Positions 16,601-18,093 of a stretch of 18,093 nucleotides of DNA are shown piece after piece (position 1 is the first letter of the stretch; each line of letters opens with the position of its first letter). A model generated the notes under the pieces. It was not told the origin of the DNA. It searched no databases and worked only from the letters and a program-made list of their open reading frames with translations. The translations under genes and the position numbers were made by a program. The DNA lies in the NCBI GenBank assembly GCA_030649735.1, contig JAUSFL010000006.1, positions 1 to 18,093 of the forward strand, read 5' to 3'. This DNA is from Candidatus Iainarchaeum sp. Lineage in GTDB: Archaea; Iainarchaeota; Iainarchaeia; Iainarchaeales; UBA10191.

Positions 16601-18093
16601 AAGGAAACTGGGCCTGTGTTCCGCCTTCAGCAGAGCAAACTGAAAAAGCATTAGACCATCCAGTTGCTATGTTGTGATCTGCTATTGTGGCTCCCTTGAT
16701 TGTTATAACGCTAATGCCGCTTTGGGCAGTGTCAAGGGCAACAGCCGTATAATTTCCAACAGCCACGTAATAAGTTGCGCCCCTAGTAAAACGTCCGCCA
16801 GTTCCCGCGGCTTTTGCGGCAGCAAGTGAAGGAAAAGCAGTAGTCCAATCATTGCCGCAACTGCTAGTGCAGGAAGAGCCGGCGCGGATGTAAAAAACAT
16901 TGGAAGGAACGGCTTGAAACTCGTAAGCCCCAATGTCCGGAGTTCCAGAAATTGCATTTCCACGAATATCTGTAGAATAACCCAAGCTTGCCCCATTGTT
17001 TATTGCAGGACTTCCTGATTGAATGTTAAAGCCGTCATCTGCAGTGAAGGGAATTCCGTCAGCGCCTAAAGGGCTTGATGGATTAATGAATTTTGGGTCG
17101 CCTTGGAAATTGCCAATTCCAGAAACATATCCAGGAGTAGTAATAGTGGAATCATAAAGATTGTTCGCGCCAGTAAGATCTGGATAAATCCTTGGCTCGC
17201 CAGTAGACCAGCTTTGGCCTGAAATGATGTTGTTTCTTCCATCCCAATTGCCTAAAAGCCTTGCCGGCCCCTTGAAAACATTATTGTGGAATTTTACCGC
17301 ACCAATTGAAGTGTAATTATGCGGCTTGAAAACATCCCCGTTCGAAACAAAAACATTGTATGCAAAATTAAAGTTTCCTAAAGGCCCTAAATGGGCGTCC
17401 AGCATGAAAATGTCCCCAGTGTCCCAAAAAATGTTCCTGTAAACGTTAAGGCTGTAATTGTTGTTCTCAACCTGAAATACATCCCTGTGCTTTCCATCAG
17501 CAGGGCCTACATTATGGATGAAAATTGAATCCTGCATTGTAACTGTTCCGCCGCCGGCATACTTTATCATGTCTTCAGCGCTGTTCTTTTCAAAAGTGCT
17601 GTTAGAAATTGTGGCATTGGGAACGCGGATGTAAAGCGAAGTTCCCCAAGCGCCAGAAAAATCCCCTTTCACAAAAACATTCTTCAATTCAAAAAAATCG
17701 CCATTACAGCCAGCGCATAAAGCAGCATCCTGCAAGTCAATTGTATAACCACCGGCCGCGGGAACAATAATCTTGTCCCTGTCTCTTCCATCAACAGTAA
17801 TGTATGGGTGCTTTATTGCCATGCTGTCGATATAAACAATGCCATTTCTTCCAGATTCTTGCGATCTTGCAATAGTGATTCTCTGGCTTGCGGTTCCAGC
17901 CTTTCCAGTGGTTAAAGCAGCATAACTCAGGCTTGAAGAGCCGCCGTCAATGAAAATCGTGTCGCCCGGATTTATAGTAGTTTTTCCAGTAAAATTAAGG
18001 CTTGTCCAAGCATTAGCCCAAGAATTTCCAGTAGTGTTGTTTCCAGTCGGTGAAACATACCAGCTGGTGGAAAACGCAAAACTGGCAAAAAAC
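13662..18093 (-). CDS. Large secreted protein (>=1476 aa, 5' end outside the window): three right-handed beta-helix (pectin lyase-like) modules, a CHB_HEX_C-like domain, FN3 and a C-terminal dockerin-like domain
   Basis: The frame stays open 90 codons upstream of 17822: ...FFASFAFS|TSWYVSPTGNNTTGNSWANAW...INPGDTIFIDGG..., i.e. the end of a signal peptide and a beta-helix N-cap. Modules at about 16915-18060, 15567-16900 and 13850-15000 have Asn-ladder coils ('IVNNYIHD', 'IRNNVF', 'VYNNVI') and end in 'DIGAYEF', 'RGAYEF' and 'DIGAFEY'. 'DTIPPVTTASPLGGTY...LRYYSVDAASNSE' domain at about 15310-15550; FN3 at about 15040-15305. Confidence 0.9.
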   Translation of the reverse strand, partial: FFASFAFSTSWYVSPTGNNTTGNSWANAWTSLNFTGKTTINPGDTIFIDGGSSSLSYAALTTGKAGTASQRITIARSQESGRNGIVYIDSMAIKHPYITVDGRDRDKIIVPAAGGYTIDLQDAALCAGCNGDFFELKNVFVKGDFSGAWGTSLYIRVPNATISNSTFEKNSAEDMIKYAGGGTVTMQDSIFIHNVGPADGKHRDVFQVENNNYSLNVYRNIFWDTGDIFMLDAHLGPLGNFNFAYNVFVSNGDVFKPHNYTSIGAVKFHNNVFKGPARLLGNWDGRNNIISGQSWSTGEPRIYPDLTGANNLYDSTITTPGYVSGIGNFQGDPKFINPSSPLGADGIPFTADDGFNIQSGSPAINNGASLGYSTDIRGNAISGTPDIGAYEFQAVPSNVFYIRAGSSCTSSCGNDWTTAFPSLAAAKAAGTGGRFTRGATYYVAVGNYTAVALDTAQSGISVITIKGATIADHNIATGWSNAFSVCSAEGGTQAQFPSGWDISTNYWTIDGSCGAGSANNGTTTGYGFRSRSDATGSGAVGFTFDNDVSGITISHYEIDGVNATNLPITLAGPHGMLCVGGCAFNGLLDHLYIHDIKGAGFLMGGTATLQYSYLARNRSTAPMHAEGWASRTSSVILRWNIFEDIRGTGQFVQLYGTGTNHEVYGNVFKLVEGPCATECGSTAFPVIDNTSTGTINGLKFYNNTIYGFNANPGVASINGSTGYDVKNNLWINNSYGASIAGTENYNNVWGTYWYSGGPTGAQSYWRCIQYGGSDPSGNCAGNNSLVAPSASAIFVSVPGNLHVLGNTISGLTMIGTNLGAPYDVDMEGNTRTNWTRGAYEFTGASPPEDTIPPVTTASPLGGTYAGTQSITLSRNESGITYYCLGSGCAPSMTYSSAISISSSNILRYYSVDAASNSETVKQQVYTITAPDTTAPSVPSGLSAAAASSSQINLSWIASSDNVAVTGYNVYRGGVNIGSSATTSFQNAGLSPSTTYNYKVSAFDAANNESAQSAQASATTPAQPSGNCALTSIRCVGSGQEYSTISAALTASVAGDTVLAYPGNYTGAGIVNISKSGTSLSKITIKSETKQQAFVTGFNINGSNLIIDGFDITNNGGNGDGIDFAGNNIEIVNNYIHDIGKYGIIGDGDGTRVSQNHLYQTQIGIVVDGSNYLVENNDIEKQIDNAYLGDCDYTRFFGTNGVFRGNYMHGTASDIIDVTTKCHVDCFQTFGSGAQNMLFEKNFCTDSHEAVIGNAYTGSLHSDWIIRNNVFIDIVNSIIVIQDTQNVKVYNNVIGTVKKPTIYFVWYRANTTGDVRNNIIYSGFEASASWQFTAENGGTFTQGTNLFYGITPAKRDASDITGQNPLFADSANLDFHLQSASPAINNGTAIAGFSEDYDRVSRPQGTAWDIGAFEYTGVAPPRTCFDLTNDSKVDVFDLVFVALRIGNATGDPADVKDNDGVNISDLQEVAANFGQAC
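13665..13830 (-). other. Dockerin-like domain (duplicated Ca-binding loop-helix)
   Basis: TCF-DLTNDSKVDVFDLVFVALRIG...A-DVKDNDGVNISDLQEVAANFG-QAC: two D-x-[NT/K]-x-D/N-x-x-V-[DN]-x-x-D-L repeats, each followed by an amphipathic helix, at the extreme C-terminus. Confidence 0.8.

Noticed and set aside
17820-17822. ATG at 17822 as the start of the large beta-helix protein
   Set aside because: The frame is open to the window edge and encodes the beta-helix N-cap and the end of a signal peptide, so the real start lies outside the window.
13850-18060. Assigning the beta-helix modules to a specific CAZy family (GH28, PL1, PL9)
   Set aside because: Diagnostic motifs such as NTDG/RIK or WIDH were not found by eye; only the fold-level call is supportable.
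1-18093. tRNA, rRNA, transposase, integrase or CRISPR/defence genes
   Set aside because: Intergenic gaps are under about 130 nt and AT-rich with no cloverleaf or array; the only mobile element recognised is the intein.

Overview
Archaeal chromosomal window. The tRNA-splicing endonuclease, archaeal-type TrpRS, TATA-like boxes and GAGGTG/AGGTG ribosome-binding sites point to an archaeon; the gene content suggests a DPANN lineage such as Iainarchaeota/Diapherotrites (inference). From left to right it holds: two lipobox (LAGC) lipoproteins flanking a YbaK/EbsC tRNA-editing gene; a bacterial-type metK split by a 452-aa LAGLIDADG intein in its GGGAF|SGKD motif; a divergent XRE-HTH + CBS-pair regulator with a palindromic operator candidate; two membrane-anchored Ig/FN3 surface proteins; a putative stress operon (AbrB-like/wHTH protein, PspC-domain protein, USP-like protein); a small membrane protein; and divergent trpS/endA. 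At the right end, a >=1476-aa secreted protein with three beta-helix modules and a C-terminal dockerin-like domain lies directly upstream of a membrane-anchored cohesin-FN3-LamG protein. This cohesin-dockerin pair is the best candidate for an undescribed system: a minimal cellulosome-like surface display. All domain calls come from motif recognition by eye; no searches were run.
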